Below, piece after piece: positions 53,524 through 54,602 of a stretch of DNA of 54,602 nt (positions within the stretch are counted from its first letter, which is position 1; each line of letters starts with the position of its first letter). The stretch comes from an uncultured Candidatus Bathyarchaeia archaeon (GTDB taxonomy: Archaea; Thermoproteota; Bathyarchaeia; Bathyarchaeales; Bathyarchaeaceae). Where the stretch lies: the NCBI GenBank assembly GCA_964347145.1, contig CAYFXU010000001.1, forward strand, positions 1 to 54,602, in the 5' to 3' direction. A program made the translations under genes and the position numbers. The notes under the pieces were generated by a model that was not told the DNA's origin, did no database searches, and was given only the letters and a program-made list of their open reading frames with translations.

Positions 53524-54602
53524 CGTGTATGAAAACGTAAAATTTGGTTATCAACTGCCTCCTCATACGCCGGATTTGATATTTGACATTGCTCTCTACC
53601 TTGAAGAAAAGAGGTTTGACTCGGTTTTCATGGCTGACCACCTTGTGGGCATTGCTGTTAGAAGATTTGACTTCCTTGACGCTTGGTCTATTTTAAGTGC
53701 CCTGGCCGTCAAAACCAAACGCTTGAAACTGGGATCCTGTGTAACGGATCCTCATAGGAAACATCCAGCTGTTCTGGCGCAAACCGTCATGACTGTTGAT
53801 CATTTGTCCAACGGTAGAGCCGTTCTAGGAATTGGGGCTGGGGAAGCCATGAATCTGGATCCCTACGGTATCAAATGGGACAATCCCGTTTCTCGGATGT
53901 ATGAAGCCGTCAAGGCTGTCAAGGCGTGTTGGACCCAGCCTGTTGTGAATTTTGAAGGAGAATTTTATCAATTTAGAAATGCGTTGGTGGAACCGAAACC
54001 TGTTCAGAAGCCACATCCGCCAATATGGATCGCCGGAAACTCCCCTAGAACCATGAAGATGACAGCTGAGATTGCGGACGGATGGATTCCTATGGCTCCT
54101 CCGCTCACGCCAGACAGGTATAAACAGAGTCTTGGAAAAATATTGCAGTGGGCTGAGGAGTCTGGAAGAGAACCCGAATCTATAGAACCGGCTCTTTTCA
54201 CCTACGTCGTGGTGGCCAAGGATCGTGACGCTGCTCGAGAAACAATCGAGTTGCCGGCAATGGCGACCATCGCCACATGGTTTAGCGCCGTCCAACACTT
54301 GAAATTGAAAGGTACCATTCCAGAGGAATTTCAGTTACACAATTTCATTTCAAACCAAGAGAATATGGCTCAACTCCTAGGACATGCAATGGATGTTGTG
54401 CCATCGGAGGCCATAGACGAATTCTTTGTGTACGGTTCCCCTGACGACTGCATAGAGGGAATTGAAAGATATTTGAAGGCAGGGGTTAAGCATTTCATTG
54501 TAGCTATGTTTGTCCGACTGAAAAACATGAAAGAAACTCTTCAGTTGTATGCAGAAAAAGTTGTTCCCTACTTTAAGGAAGAGAAGAGCAAGATCGATCT
54601 TT
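53524..54602 (+). CDS. Luciferase-like (LLM) flavin/F420-dependent oxidoreductase; runs off the 3' end of the window (not in ORF track)
   Basis: Hand translation from GTG 53524: VYENVKFGYQLPPH...FDSVFMADHL...GRAVLGIGAGEAMNLDPYGI...HPPIWIAGNSPRTMKMTAEIADGWIP. The frame stays open to 54602. An alternative TTG start lies at 53503. Confidence 0.85.

Noticed and set aside
53825-54298. 157-aa minus-strand ORF (also 54004..54201 and 53450..53641)
   Set aside because: These lie antisense to a long open plus-strand frame with clear LLM/F420-oxidoreductase motifs that runs off the window end. Their translations are Arg/Ser/Cys-rich and low complexity, typical of shadow ORFs.

Overview
54.6-kb archaeal chromosomal fragment. 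Evidence for archaeal origin: an initiator tRNA-Met with A1:U72 and two introns, a Cys-type CcmE, TATA/BRE-like promoters, GGAGG ribosome-binding sites, and genes overlapping by 1-8 nt. I found no rRNA, CRISPR array, transposase/integrase or recognisable defence genes. The content falls into three parts. (i) Ordinary metabolic flanks. At 0.1-7.5 kb: thiolase, a VOC epimerase-like protein, a C_GCAxxG_C_C protein, a TPP enzyme, Fe-ADH and a PAC2 chaperone. At 44-54.6 kb: PaaI thioesterase, a Cys/Met PLP enzyme, an ACT regulator, TrpB2, a crotonase/3-hydroxyacyl-CoA dehydrogenase/SCP2 operon, a nitroreductase, an Lrp-type regulator, and a 3'-truncated LLM/F420-type oxidoreductase that is missing from the ORF track. 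(ii) A very high density of heterodisulfide-reductase-type genes: three hdrC-hdrB pairs, one HdrD-like CB fusion, and seven HdrA-type flavin modules (two short proteins, two double-module proteins of about 1000 aa, one HdrA-MvhD fusion). There are also two free MvhD genes and one FrhB/FdhB-type F420 subunit. (iii) Between the Hdr blocks lies a complete archaeal-variant system I cytochrome c maturation set: ccmC-D-E-A-B plus a divergent ccmF. ccmD is unlisted in the ORF track, and ccmE and ccmA appear to start at AUC and AUA. The same region holds a membrane-anchored octahaem cytochrome c and three paralogous monohaem CxxCH/beta-sandwich surface proteins fused to PKD, CARDB or dockerin modules. 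It also holds a DUF2231-like/DUF420 membrane pair, a MenA-type prenyltransferase and a polyprenyl synthase. Main hypothesis (inference): this is a previously uncharacterised archaeal redox island. It would link cytoplasmic Hdr/MvhD/FrhB flavin-based electron bifurcation or confurcation, fed by beta-oxidation-type catabolism, to a menaquinone pool and a modular cell-surface cytochrome assembly, i.e. extracellular electron transfer. No classical quinol:cytochrome c oxidoreductase is visible in the window. Sequence-level oddities are reported separately: inverted copies of a 70-nt promoter flanking the Hdr supercluster, gene-conversion tracts, a Cys-less MvhD domain, candidate operators and GCGCGC spacers.
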